64,000 nt of DNA from a bacterium (GCA_021796335.1 JAJYHZ010000002.1:100516-164515), one strand, 5' to 3'; positions 28,558 through 37,494 are shown, counted from the stretch's first letter. The notes: generated from the letters alone by a model not told the origin. Made by a program: numbers and translations.

Positions 28558-28629
28558 TCGGGCCAGTGGGAGTCGAACCCACCGTCACACCCACCCCAAG
28601 GGCGTATGTTGCCGCTACACTATGGCCCG
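28558..28629 (-). tRNA. tRNA-Pro(GGG)
   Basis: Reverse complement folds as CGGGCCA acceptor, anticodon loop TTGGGGT (GGG), TTCGACT T-loop. No encoded CCA. Confidence 0.8.
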
Positions 28630-28851
28630 ATTATGGAAATTGCAGATTCTCATTCGAGCAAATACTTTTGCTCGAATCCATGATGCATACTACTTTTATA
28701 CTACAGCCCGTTAGAAAATTAATTTCAAGAAGTTGTTCGCAACCAGAAGACGCTTATTTCTTTTATAAACGCCGCTAATATTGATTGGCTTTCGGTGCGG
28801 GATTTCGTTTCACCTTGACCAAAAATCTCACTCATTCTTATTGGCGAAACT

Positions 28852-29470
28852 TTATTTAGATTTCCATTTTTTGGTTTCTGGTTTTCGATCGATAAACCAT
28901 TTATCTTTTTCGTTAAACCACCAGTCGTCCGGCTTTATCTCTGTCAGCAATTTTCCCAACTTTTTCGCCTGGGGAGTTTTCAATCTTTTATAGGCAAGTT
29001 CAATCCAAGATTTGGCTTTGAAATTTCCTTTATCGAATTCCTCGCGCAAGGTTGCCATCCATTCCAAATTATCCGCATCTTTGGCAATTTTAGCTTCCAA
29101 AGTTTTCCTTTCTTTGGCTTCTTTGTGAAGGGATTTTAAGTTCGCGCCAAAAGGCAAGCTTTTTGCGATATCTTCAACAGCCTGAGACTCCGCCAGGCGA
29201 CCATATTTTTGGTGGACGTAATTCAAATCAGAAGTGCGGCTTTCTCCTAAATCATGAATGAGGCACAGCAGAATAACCTTATTTTTATCCGCTCGGGGAA
29301 TCAACTCGGATAAAGCATAACCGATGACAGTGGTCCGGAAAATATGTTCCGAAACCGACTGGGCGCCCGTACCCAAAAACCACAAACCCGATCTCGGAGT
29401 TTTATTCAAGATTCCCGCCTCATAGATGAAGTTCGCAATGTTTTTCAAACTCTTGTTTTGATTTTTCATA
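28852..29470 (-). CDS. HD-domain phosphohydrolase (YfbR-like 5'-deoxynucleotidase)
   Basis: SVSEHIFRTTVIGYAL...LIHDLGESRTSDL HD motif. Start taken at MKNQNKSL; the track ORF's first 60 codons run through intergenic DnaA boxes. Confidence 0.7.
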
Positions 29471-29705
29471 TGAAAAGTATATGAGGTGCGAAAAATATTT
29501 TCAAATATCTTCAGATAAATTTCAATACCAAAAACATAAAGAAGAGGGCGGAAGTTGGAAAGAAAAATCTCAGTCTGATATTTTACGCCTGTCTGCCGGC
29601 AGGCAGAATCGTCAAATATTAGATTAGTTATCCACATTTGACTGATTATCCACAACTGCGCAGCGAAACTACTTAGAAAACCGCCCCGCCAAGCGGGACG
29701 GTTTT

Positions 29706-29891
29706 CTATTTTGCTTTTTTAGCCGAAGTTCTGATGCATTGCGTGCAAGCCGCCACGCGCTTTCCATTTATTAAAGCGCTTTGCAAATTAGGATATTTTC
29801 TTTTTTTGGGAGTCGGATTATAGTTGCCGCGAAGCTTTTTTCTGGCGCCCCGGACAATTGAGCCCTTTCCGCAAATTTCACATTGCCTCAT
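29706..29891 (-). CDS. rpmB: 50S ribosomal protein L28
   Basis: 61 aa MRQCEICGKG...PNLQ...C..C, the L28 pattern. Confidence 0.8.
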   Translation of the reverse strand: MRQCEICGKGSIVRGARKKLRGNYNPTPKKRKYPNLQSALINGKRVAACTQCIRTSAKKAK

Positions 29892-30005
29892 AAAATAGCA
29901 TTTAATTAACTAGAAATTGGTATTTAGATAAGATAGCCGAAAAATAAGCGGAAGTCAATTATTAAATTGATATTCGAAATTTTATTTTGTAAAATTCAAT
30001 ATAAT

Positions 30006-31127
30006 ATGAAAAAATTTACTTTAAATCTCATGCGGTTTTTTTATAAAAACGGGCTAAGGCCTGCTATTTTTTTGTTTGATCCGGAAAAAATACATGACAT
30101 AACACTAAAGTTCGGTAAAATTTTGGGCACACTGCATTTTAAAAATATATGGAGTCCTCTTTTTAACACAAAAAATAAAATCCTGGAGCAAGAAATATTG
30201 GGAATAAAGTTTGCAAATCCGGTAGGGCTGGCCGCAGGATATGATAAAAATGCCGAGCTCACTCAATTACTGGGAAGCTTGGGTTTCGGATTTGAGGAAG
30301 TCGGGTCTATTTCAAACCTGCCATGCTCCGGCAATCCCAAGCCAAGATTATGGCGCCTGCCGAAATCAAGGGGAATTATCGTTTGGAACGGGCTAATGAA
30401 TAAGGGCGCGAAAACTTTGCATGAAAAACTTGATAAACTGAAATTCGACATACCGGTCGGCGTAAGTATCGTTAAAACAAATTCTCCGGAGATCACGGAG
30501 CTCAATGAAGCTGTTCCGGATGTTATCAGCGCACTGAAAATATTTTCGAATTTCGGCGACTATATCACTTTAAATATTTCCTGCCCAAACACAGCCGGAG
30601 ACGGTCTTTTTTACAATCCTAAAAATTTAAAAATCTTGCTTTCACGAATCAGCGAATTGAAATTAAAACAACCGATTTTCATAAAACTACCTCCAGACTT
30701 AAATATAAAAAATGTCGATGAAATTATCGATTTGGCAAGAGAATACAAAATAAGCGGGTTTGTCTTGAGCAATATAGTTAAGCGCAGAGATTTGATGGAT
30801 GCCGATAAGGACGAGCTTAAAATGGTTGATCCCGGAAGAGGAAGTATGTCGGGTAAACCCGTGGAGAAATTATCAAATGAATTAATAAGCTATGTTTATA
30901 AAAAAACCAAAGGAGAATTTGTAATTATCGGCTGCGGAGGAGTTTTCTCCGCTAAGGACGCTTATAAAAAAATAAGGGCAGGAGCGTCTTTGATACAATT
31001 GATAACCGGACTGATTTTTGAAGGGCCGCAATTGGTTGCTCAAATAAATTCGGGGCTTGTTGAACTTTTGAAAAAGGACGGTTTCTCGAATATTTCCCAG
31101 GCCATAGGAGCGGATTCGCGAAACTGA
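30006..31127 (+). CDS. pyrD: dihydroorotate dehydrogenase, class 2 (quinone-dependent)
   Basis: GIKFANPVGLAAGYDKNAE and GFGFEEVGSI motifs. N-terminal membrane-association segment typical of class 2. Confidence 0.85.
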   Translation: MKKFTLNLMRFFYKNGLRPAIFLFDPEKIHDITLKFGKILGTLHFKNIWSPLFNTKNKILEQEILGIKFANPVGLAAGYDKNAELTQLLGSLGFGFEEVGSISNLPCSGNPKPRLWRLPKSRGIIVWNGLMNKGAKTLHEKLDKLKFDIPVGVSIVKTNSPEITELNEAVPDVISALKIFSNFGDYITLNISCPNTAGDGLFYNPKNLKILLSRISELKLKQPIFIKLPPDLNIKNVDEIIDLAREYKISGFVLSNIVKRRDLMDADKDELKMVDPGRGSMSGKPVEKLSNELISYVYKKTKGEFVIIGCGGVFSAKDAYKKIRAGASLIQLITGLIFEGPQLVAQINSGLVELLKKDGFSNISQAIGADSRN

Positions 31128-31140
31128 AAGAGCCCCGATG

Positions 31141-31270
31141 TGGGATTTTCCCTCGGCTGAATACCAAGTGGGTTGGCTCAATCCGCCGAATATTGGCGAA
31201 TGCTTTTGCCTTCCCTTAAAATTCGTATTGACCCGAGAATCACTATCGAGGCTCATTATAATTATAACAA
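31141..31270 (+). repeat. conserved ~130-bp non-coding element, copy A
   Basis: Homologous to 31483..31612 at about 75% identity by eye. Shared blocks GGATTTTCCCTCGGCTGAATACCAAGTGGGT, AATGCTTTT, TTGACCCGAGAATCACT, ATAATTATAA. Confidence 0.7.
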
Positions 31271-31332
31271 GAAAGACTTGCGCGATATATGCCGATATAT
31301 TTCTGACCTAGAATTTATATCTCGATCTTCCT

Positions 31333-31377
31333 AATCAAATTTTGCGCGATCGCGCAAAATTTGATTGGTTATCCACA
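31333..31377 (+). repeat. palindrome plus DnaA box element (copy 2, GCGCGATCGCGC variant)
   Basis: AATCAAATTTTGCGCGATCGCGCAAAATTTGATT at 31333-31366, then GG, then TTATCCACA at 31369-31377. Both arms changed together (GAG to GCG, CTC to CGC), keeping the palindrome perfect. Confidence 0.9.
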
Positions 31378-31439
31378 TAACATAAATCCAAACAATTTCT
31401 TAAACCTTATAAAAATTTAGATAAATCCTTTCAAAATAA

Positions 31440-31472
31440 AAAAAATCCGACGCGAGGTCGGGATCTTTTTGG
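31440..31472 (+). terminator. intrinsic terminator AAAAAAATCCGACGCGAGGTCGGGATCTTTTT
   Basis: CCGAC..GTCGG stem followed by a T-run on the + strand, separating the two module copies. Confidence 0.55.
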
Positions 31473-31482
31473 AACCCTGAGG

Positions 31483-31612
31483 TTGGATTATCCCGGCTAA
31501 TACCAGGTGGGTGAGCTCAATTGCAATCCGCAGACTGCAATGCTTTTACTCTCCCAATTAATCCATTATTGATCCGAGTATCACTCTCAGGTGTCCAATA
31601 TAATTATAAAAA
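31483..31612 (+). repeat. conserved ~130-bp non-coding element, copy B
   Basis: See copy A. The closing helix shows a compensatory change: CCTGAG..CTCAGG here versus CCTCG..CGAGG in copy A. Confidence 0.7.
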
Positions 31613-31648
31613 ATTAAAAATAAAATTCAATACCGAAAAAATCTATAG

Positions 31649-31687
31649 ATTTTGAGCGATCGCTCAAAATTTGATTGGTTATCCACA
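31649..31687 (+). repeat. palindrome plus DnaA box element (copy 3, left arm decayed)
   Basis: ATTTTGAGCGATCGCTCAAAAT core at 31649-31670, then TTGATTGG, then TTATCCACA at 31679-31687. Confidence 0.85.
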
Positions 31688-31779
31688 TTAATCATTAATA
31701 TTGTATATGTATTTTAAAATATTTTGGAAAAAAAGGGGAGCTTGAGAGCTCCCTTTGGGGGTGAGGCGGCGCGTCTGCG

Positions 31780-32145
31780 TTAGAGCCGCAGAATCGTCGC
31801 CGGGGTTTCGTAGGCCGCGTCGATCGGGCCGTGGACCATGGCGTCCTGAGCGCCGCCGCGTACGTTTGCGTAAAAACAAGAGGTCGTCTTCTGCTGGGCG
31901 GTTGCGGGTCGGAGTGCGGTCGTTACGCCTTCATAAATTGCCGCATCGCTGGCCTTCGCCACCACTATCTCGCTCTTCTGGTAATTGGTCGTCTTAAAGG
32001 TGTTTTCGAGCGCGGTGGACCCTCTCGTCGCCGTTGCGAGGACCTTGCCGTGCCCGGGCGCTGTTGCCGGGGCCGTCGTTGCTGCCAGGGTTGTCGCAAA
32101 AAAGATCAAGAAGATGAGTCCAAGTCCGGTGATTGCCTTTTTCAT
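31780..32145 (-). CDS. hypothetical secreted protein in a GC-rich patch
   Basis: Signal peptide MKKAITGLGLIFLIFFATTLAA, Ala/Thr-rich. The locus is much more GC-rich than its flanks. The three overlapping + ORFs are GC artefacts. Confidence 0.5.
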   Translation of the reverse strand: MKKAITGLGLIFLIFFATTLAATTAPATAPGHGKVLATATRGSTALENTFKTTNYQKSEIVVAKASDAAIYEGVTTALRPATAQQKTTSCFYANVRGGAQDAMVHGPIDAAYETPATILRL

Positions 32146-32314
32146 TCCGATATTACCTCCTTTTTTTTACGTGGTTTTCCCGAAAATCCTGCCAAACTGC
32201 CTCTTTTTAAAAAAATATGAACTGTTTCAATATGGCAGTTACACACCTGTTTGTCAGGAGGGGTAAAGATGACTTAATAATTGACTTGGGATTCTTATTC
32301 CTTGCGCCTCAATA

Positions 32315-32347
32315 GAAAACCGGCCCCGCTTAGCGGGGCCGGTTTTC
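32315..32347. terminator. terminator hairpin GAAAACCGGCCCCGC-TTAG-CGGGGCCGGTTTTC
   Basis: Perfect 15-bp stem just downstream of the ndk stop. Confidence 0.7.
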
Positions 32348-32943
32348 TATTCCATTATTCCGTCTAAATTCACATCGTACAGAATTTGTTCCTGAATCAA
32401 ACGGTAATTAACCAATTCTTCGGGCTGGAACCACAAGCCGATTTCTTTTTGCGCATCATTTAAATTGCCTGAGGCATGAACCAAATTTCTGATAAATCTT
32501 CCGTCGGTATCGGCTATTTTATAAGAGTCCAAGACAAAATCCCCGCGAATCGTGCCGGCATCGGAAGATAACGGCTCAGTGCCGCCAACCAATTTTCTTC
32601 CCAACTGAACGGCATGAGCGCCCTGCCAAACCATGGCTATGACCGGACCTGAAGTCATGAATTTTTTGGCGTTTTCCAGAATAATTTCCGTAACCTTATA
32701 GGGGTCGTCAAAGGGAGGCTCCTGGCCTTTATCACGATAGTTTTTAATGGTTTTTTCTCCGGTGATCCTGCGCCATTCCGGATCAAGAGTGTAGTGCGTT
32801 ACCACAAACTCCGGATTAAGAGTCATCATTTTCATACCAATCAATTTCAAACCGACCCTTTCGAATCTTTTTATAATTTCGCCGATTAGCGATCTTTGAA
32901 TCCCGTCCGGCTTTATGACAATCAAAGTTTTTTCCGTTTTCAT
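32347..32943 (-). CDS. ndk: nucleoside diphosphate kinase with internal insertion
   Basis: LIVIKPDGIQRSLIGEIIKRFERVGLKLIGMKMM and the NLVHASGNLNDAQKEI catalytic-His region. About 40 extra residues sit between the conserved N-terminal block and the FMTSGPVIAMVWQG block. Confidence 0.8.
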   Translation of the reverse strand: MKTEKTLIVIKPDGIQRSLIGEIIKRFERVGLKLIGMKMMTLNPEFVVTHYTLDPEWRRITGEKTIKNYRDKGQEPPFDDPYKVTEIILENAKKFMTSGPVIAMVWQGAHAVQLGRKLVGGTEPLSSDAGTIRGDFVLDSYKIADTDGRFIRNLVHASGNLNDAQKEIGLWFQPEELVNYRLIQEQILYDVNLDGIME

Positions 32944-33350
32944 ATTTTTATTAATTTAAAATCGTTTTTAACACCTTCTATTAAATCATAATTTTCCAAT
33001 TCATCCAAGCTCATCCAGACGTAATCGGTAAAATCATTTTTATCGATTTTCACTTTGCCTGATTCATATTCGCAGATAAATTTTAAAACAATGACATGAA
33101 ACCCGTCCGGTCTGGTAAATTCGCTTTCACCGAAAAATTCGATATTGTTTTTTATAGCCAGTCCGGCCTCTTCCAGAAATTCTTTTTTCAGAGTTTCTTT
33201 AATGCTGTCAGACCCCTCGACTTTACCGCCGGGAACAGTCCACTTTCCCGGATAGGCAATTTCTTTCTCGCCTCTTTTCAGGATTAAAAACTTGCCGTCT
33301 TTTTTCAAAAAACCCGTTGCGGCGACAATGTGTAATTTAGAGGTATCCAT
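32940..33350 (-). CDS. NUDIX hydrolase
   Basis: Nudix box GGKVEGSDSIKETLKKEFLEEAGL. Confidence 0.8.
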   Translation of the reverse strand: MDTSKLHIVAATGFLKKDGKFLILKRGEKEIAYPGKWTVPGGKVEGSDSIKETLKKEFLEEAGLAIKNNIEFFGESEFTRPDGFHVIVLKFICEYESGKVKIDKNDFTDYVWMSLDELENYDLIEGVKNDFKLIKI

Positions 33351-34741
33351 TATTTGGAAATTTTAATATGAAGTTCTTTCAGTTGTTCTTCGGTAACTTC
33401 GCTGGGCGCGTCAGTCATCAAGTCGCGGCCATCACCGGTTTTCGGAAAAGCAATAACTTCGCGGATGTTGGGTTCGCCCAAAAGAATGGTAATCAGGCGG
33501 TCAAGGCCCCAGGCGATTCCGCCATGGGGAGGAGCGCCATATTTGAAGGCACTTAACATATGGCTGAATTGTTCTTCTATTTTTTCGGGAGAATGGCCAA
33601 GCACTTCAAAAACTTTTTTAAGCAGCTCAGGCTGGTGGATTCTGATTCCGCCGCCGGCGACTTCAAATCCGTTCAAGGCCAAATCGTACTGCTGGGAAAT
33701 CATTGTTTCCAGATTTTCCCCGTTTTTCAAATCATCCGAATATTCCGGCTTGGGCGCGGTAAACGGATTGTGCGAATATGTCAGCTTTCCGGTTTTTCCG
33801 TCTTTTTCAAAAACCGGAAAATCAATTACCCAACAAAAAGCCATCTCGTTTTGATTGCCCGGATCTTTGCGCAAATCCGGACGATCGGTGCCGTATTGTT
33901 CCATGGTTTCTTTATACGTAAGCCGCGGAAACGGGACTTGAGAGATTTCCCTTTCGGGGAAAATTTCCTTGACTATCCCGATAACAAGCTGTTCCGTCAG
34001 ATTCATGACTTCTTCGCGGGTCGGGAAACTCATTTCCAAATCAAGCTGAGTGAATTCCGGCTGGCGGTCGCCGCGGGTATCTTCATCACGGAAGCATTTA
34101 ACAATTTGGAAATATCTTTCCAGTCCGGAAACCATCAAAAGCTGTTTGTATTGCTGCGGAGACTGAGCAAGCGCGTAAAATTTTCCCGGCTCCAAACGGG
34201 AAGGCACCAGATAATCGCGTGCGCCTTCAGGGGTGGATTTCCCGAGCATCGGAGTTTCAATTTCGACAAAATCGTTTCGAGTCAAAAAATCGCGAATGTA
34301 TTTGTTGACCTTGGAGCGAACTCTAATATTATTTTGCAGACGGGAACGGCGCAAATCTAAATATCGGTATTTCATCCTGACCTCCTCGCCGATTTCATAG
34401 CCGTCGGAATCGACATCAATCGGGGGAGTTTCGCTTTCGTTTAAAATTTCCAAAGCTTCGGCCTGTATTTCAAATTCGCCGGTCGGGATTTCTTTATTAA
34501 CCATGTTTTCCGGACGGCGGTTAACTTTACCGGACAGTTTAATAACCCATTCGGAGCGCAGGACACCGGCTTTTTCGGGAAGCTCCTGCGGTTTTGGCAA
34601 AAATACAACCTGAACGATGCCGGATCGATCTTTCAAGTCGATAAAAATGAGCTTGCCGTGATCACGGCGGCCAGCAACCCAGCCAAGCAGTTCGATTGAT
34701 TCGCCTTCTTTATTGATGATATCTTTGACTAAAGCTCGCAT
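33350..34741 (-). CDS. aspS: aspartyl-tRNA synthetase, short archaeal/non-discriminating type (no GAD insertion)
   Basis: Class-II motifs FRDEDTRGDRQPEFTQLDLEMSF and GGIAWGLDR. 463 aa, much shorter than the ~590-aa bacterial-type AspRS. Confidence 0.9.
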   Translation of the reverse strand: MRALVKDIINKEGESIELLGWVAGRRDHGKLIFIDLKDRSGIVQVVFLPKPQELPEKAGVLRSEWVIKLSGKVNRRPENMVNKEIPTGEFEIQAEALEILNESETPPIDVDSDGYEIGEEVRMKYRYLDLRRSRLQNNIRVRSKVNKYIRDFLTRNDFVEIETPMLGKSTPEGARDYLVPSRLEPGKFYALAQSPQQYKQLLMVSGLERYFQIVKCFRDEDTRGDRQPEFTQLDLEMSFPTREEVMNLTEQLVIGIVKEIFPEREISQVPFPRLTYKETMEQYGTDRPDLRKDPGNQNEMAFCWVIDFPVFEKDGKTGKLTYSHNPFTAPKPEYSDDLKNGENLETMISQQYDLALNGFEVAGGGIRIHQPELLKKVFEVLGHSPEKIEEQFSHMLSAFKYGAPPHGGIAWGLDRLITILLGEPNIREVIAFPKTGDGRDLMTDAPSEVTEEQLKELHIKISK

Positions 34742-34780
34742 AATAATTTAAATTAGCGGAAAAAAGGCCAAAATACAAGA

Positions 34781-35638
34781 TTAATTTTGCGTTAAAATTT
34801 TCAAATTATTATTTTCAGCGAAAATTTTAACAATGCCGTTTTTATCAGTGCGGAAAATTTTGGAATTGATTTCCGCCAATCTTTCCAAAACTGCGGGCGC
34901 GGGATGGCCGTAAGAATTTTTTCCAACCTCAATGACAGATAATTTCGGAGCCACAGCGTTTAAAAATTCCGGAGAAGAAGAAAATCTGGAGCCGTGATGG
35001 GCCACCTTTAGAATATCCGAATGCAAATCGTATTTTGAAACCAGATAATTCTCGATATTTTGGCCGATATCGCCGGTAAAAATCGCCTTCATGTCCGGAC
35101 TGATAAATTGAAGAGTTAGGATTGTGTTGTTCAAATCTTTGTCATCTAAAAAATCCGGCGGCGGGAAAAGTACGTCAAATTTGTCATTTAAATAATTTAT
35201 CTCATCGGATTCTTTTAAAGCGATAATTGGGACGTTTTTTTCTTTTAAAATATTTTTGAGCTGCTGAAAACCTCTTGCATCGGTATCGCGGCCGTTAAAA
35301 ATAAAAGCGCCAATTCGGTATCTTCTGGCGGTTTCAATAAAGCCGCCATAATGATCCATCTGTGGATGAGAAAGAACCATTAAATCTATGTAGCGGTCGT
35401 AAGGAGAGATGACTTTGGAAAAATCGGAAAGAATTTTGTTGTCGGGCCCGCCGTCGATCAGAACTTTGACATTGCCAGGCAATACAACCATTTCGCTGTC
35501 GCCCTGACCGACATCCAAAAAATAAATTTCCGGGTTTTTATTCGGCTGATTGAATATTATTTCGAACCAAATAAATCCGTTCGCAATAAGCAAAAAAAAT
35601 AAAGCAGAAATTATTTTTTTAAATCCTTGGCTTTCCAT
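34781..35638 (-). CDS. comEC_C: ComEC/Rec2-family metallo-beta-lactamase domain protein, separate gene with own membrane anchor
   Basis: VLSHPQMDHYGG MBL motif. Its ATG sits 1 nt after the TAA of the upstream channel gene. Start at MESQGFKKIISALFFLL, a signal anchor. Confidence 0.7.
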   Translation of the reverse strand: MESQGFKKIISALFFLLIANGFIWFEIIFNQPNKNPEIYFLDVGQGDSEMVVLPGNVKVLIDGGPDNKILSDFSKVISPYDRYIDLMVLSHPQMDHYGGFIETARRYRIGAFIFNGRDTDARGFQQLKNILKEKNVPIIALKESDEINYLNDKFDVLFPPPDFLDDKDLNNTILTLQFISPDMKAIFTGDIGQNIENYLVSKYDLHSDILKVAHHGSRFSSSPEFLNAVAPKLSVIEVGKNSYGHPAPAVLERLAEINSKIFRTDKNGIVKIFAENNNLKILTQN

Positions 35639-35639
35639 T

Positions 35640-37100
35640 TTATTTTTCCCCGCCTGCAACGCTACGCCCGCCATTAAAATTGCCAAGCTGTCGGGCCGGT
35701 TTCTTCATATAAATAACAAATCCGCTTAGCGCGAGGTAATAGACGAACATTAGAATTACACTCATGTTTTTTATCTGAAAAAAATTTATTTTCCCGAAAA
35801 AATTGATAACGAATATTTCATAGGAAAGGAAAATATGCACGAACCAGCCGAAAACCAAAGAGAGCGGATAAGAAATAAAGCCAATCGCGCCGAGAATAAA
35901 TCCCAAGGTCATCGTGTACGGAATGAATCCCAAAATTAGAACATTAGCAACTATGGAAATGAAAGAAAAGTTGCTGAAACTGCGGATTAAAACAGGAATA
36001 ACCGCGAGCTGGGCGGAAACGGTCGTAAGAAAATTTTCCTTCCAATCCAAAATTCCTTTTTCATCGTTCACTTTAAAAAATTTTTTAACGGCAGGCATCA
36101 GATAAACAATTCCGATTAAAGCCAGAAAAGAAAGCTGAAAGCCTATATCGAATTTTAAAATTTTAGGGTTGCCGAGCGCCATTACAAAAGCGGCGGCGGC
36201 TATGGCATTCCGGAAACTGTAGATTCTGTTAACTTGAGCGGCCAGCAAAACTATGCCGCCCATAATGGCGGCGCGGACAACCGAGGCCTGAGCGCCGGTC
36301 ATCAAGACAAAAGAAAAAATCGCGAAAATGGAAAGAATAAAGGTCAGGCGCCGGGAAAAGAAAATTCCCAAAATGACGGAAATGGCGATTCCGATGATGC
36401 TGATGTTGTATCCGGATAATGCCACAAGATGCGTTGTGCCGCTTTGACTCATGGCGTTTTTAAAATCATTTGAAAATTCGCTCTGATCGCCCAAGGTCAA
36501 TCCGGACAAAAAAGCCGCCTGATCATAAGGCAGCACCTTCTGGAAATTGCCGATTATTTTTTGCCTGAGAGAAATCAACGCGGACTTGAAAGCAGATCCG
36601 TTATTTTGAGAAATTAAATTCGCTTTGGGATAACTGGAAATCCCCAGAAGATTATCTTTGTTATAATTTTGAGAACTGGCTTGCTTAATAACTCCTTCAA
36701 AACCGACCAAATCGCCGTATCGGAAATCGTTGTTCTTCGCGATAACAGAAATTTTCCCGGCCAAAGGCTTTTGCAAATCAACCGTAATTCGGTTCCAGTT
36801 CGAATCCAGAACGATTCCTCGGAAAGGAATTTCCCGATTATAAACTATTTTGGAATTTATTTTTTGATAATTTTGAAAGATGAAAAAATAAAACGATCCC
36901 GCGGCAACAAACAGAATAAATCCGCTGAAAATTAAAATTTTTTTGGGAAATTCCTTTCTTAAGAAATAAATCGCAAGGAAAATGAGCGAAGCCAATATCG
37001 CTGATAAAAACACGGAAAGAAAAGACAGTCCAGAACTTGCGAGAAAAATTCCGAAAAGGAAAAAAGCGATTGCATAAAAAACAGAATCGTAAAGGCGCAT
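35640..37100 (-). CDS. comEC_N: ComEC/Rec2 competence channel, membrane domain
   Basis: 486 aa polytopic protein with the Competence-domain TM core (GYNISIIGIAISVILG..., MTGAQASVVRAAIMGGI). It lacks the C-terminal MBL domain, which is the next gene. Confidence 0.7.
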   Translation of the reverse strand: MRLYDSVFYAIAFFLFGIFLASSGLSFLSVFLSAILASLIFLAIYFLRKEFPKKILIFSGFILFVAAGSFYFFIFQNYQKINSKIVYNREIPFRGIVLDSNWNRITVDLQKPLAGKISVIAKNNDFRYGDLVGFEGVIKQASSQNYNKDNLLGISSYPKANLISQNNGSAFKSALISLRQKIIGNFQKVLPYDQAAFLSGLTLGDQSEFSNDFKNAMSQSGTTHLVALSGYNISIIGIAISVILGIFFSRRLTFILSIFAIFSFVLMTGAQASVVRAAIMGGIVLLAAQVNRIYSFRNAIAAAAFVMALGNPKILKFDIGFQLSFLALIGIVYLMPAVKKFFKVNDEKGILDWKENFLTTVSAQLAVIPVLIRSFSNFSFISIVANVLILGFIPYTMTLGFILGAIGFISYPLSLVFGWFVHIFLSYEIFVINFFGKINFFQIKNMSVILMFVYYLALSGFVIYMKKPARQLGNFNGGRSVAGGEK

Positions 37101-37147
37101 AAATAATTATACAAAATCCCGTAAATAAATTTACGTGCGGGATAAAA

Positions 37148-37172
37148 ATAAAGCGCTCCGAAGAGCGCCTTT
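37148..37172. terminator. terminator hairpin AAAGCGCTCCGAAGAGCGCCTTTG
   Basis: GC-rich stem after the stop of the 37190..37420 minus gene. Confidence 0.5.
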
Positions 37173-37189
37173 GTGCATAAATTAAAATC

Positions 37190-37420
37190 CTATTTAAAAA
37201 TTCTTGTCGGTATCCCGTTTAAAAATACAACGGAAAGATTACCCGGGATGCCCTTGGAAAAACAATCATTGAAGATTTCGAGGGTGCTGCGAGGAATTTT
37301 CACGACGCCATCTTTAATTCCATGCTTTTCGCTAATAAACCCCATTATGTCCTTAACATGCCGCGCCGAACCGTTAAACCCCGCGTTTTTGAGTCCCCAA
37401 ACGACTTCGTTTTTATACAA
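37190..37420 (-). CDS. HicA-like (YcfA family) small protein, possible orphan toxin
   Basis: VVWGLKNAGFNGSARHVKDIMGF...VVKIPR aligns with the HicA pattern RRWLESQGVxVxNGSNHLKL...VMPRHP. Confidence 0.35.
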   Translation of the reverse strand: MYKNEVVWGLKNAGFNGSARHVKDIMGFISEKHGIKDGVVKIPRSTLEIFNDCFSKGIPGNLSVVFLNGIPTRIFK

Positions 37421-37494
37421 GATTTCCTCCGGTTAATGGCATCAGCCAGAAATTAAAAAACTGATTCTAATTATCCGAAAAAGAATGGGGGTCG

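Noticed and set aside
31755-32266. Three overlapping + strand ORFs (31755..31997, 31831..32220, 31985..32266)
   Set aside because: They arise from the local GC-richness. The minus-strand ORF has a signal peptide and a plausible start, and the + ORFs are Arg/Gly-rich junk.
33465-34360. ORFs 33465..33854 and 33560..34360 (+)
   Set aside because: They are antisense to aspS, which carries unambiguous class-II synthetase motifs.
37173-37436. ORF 37173..37436 (+), 87 aa
   Set aside because: It overlaps the HicA-like minus-strand ORF. The + frame has no motif support and begins inside a terminator hairpin.
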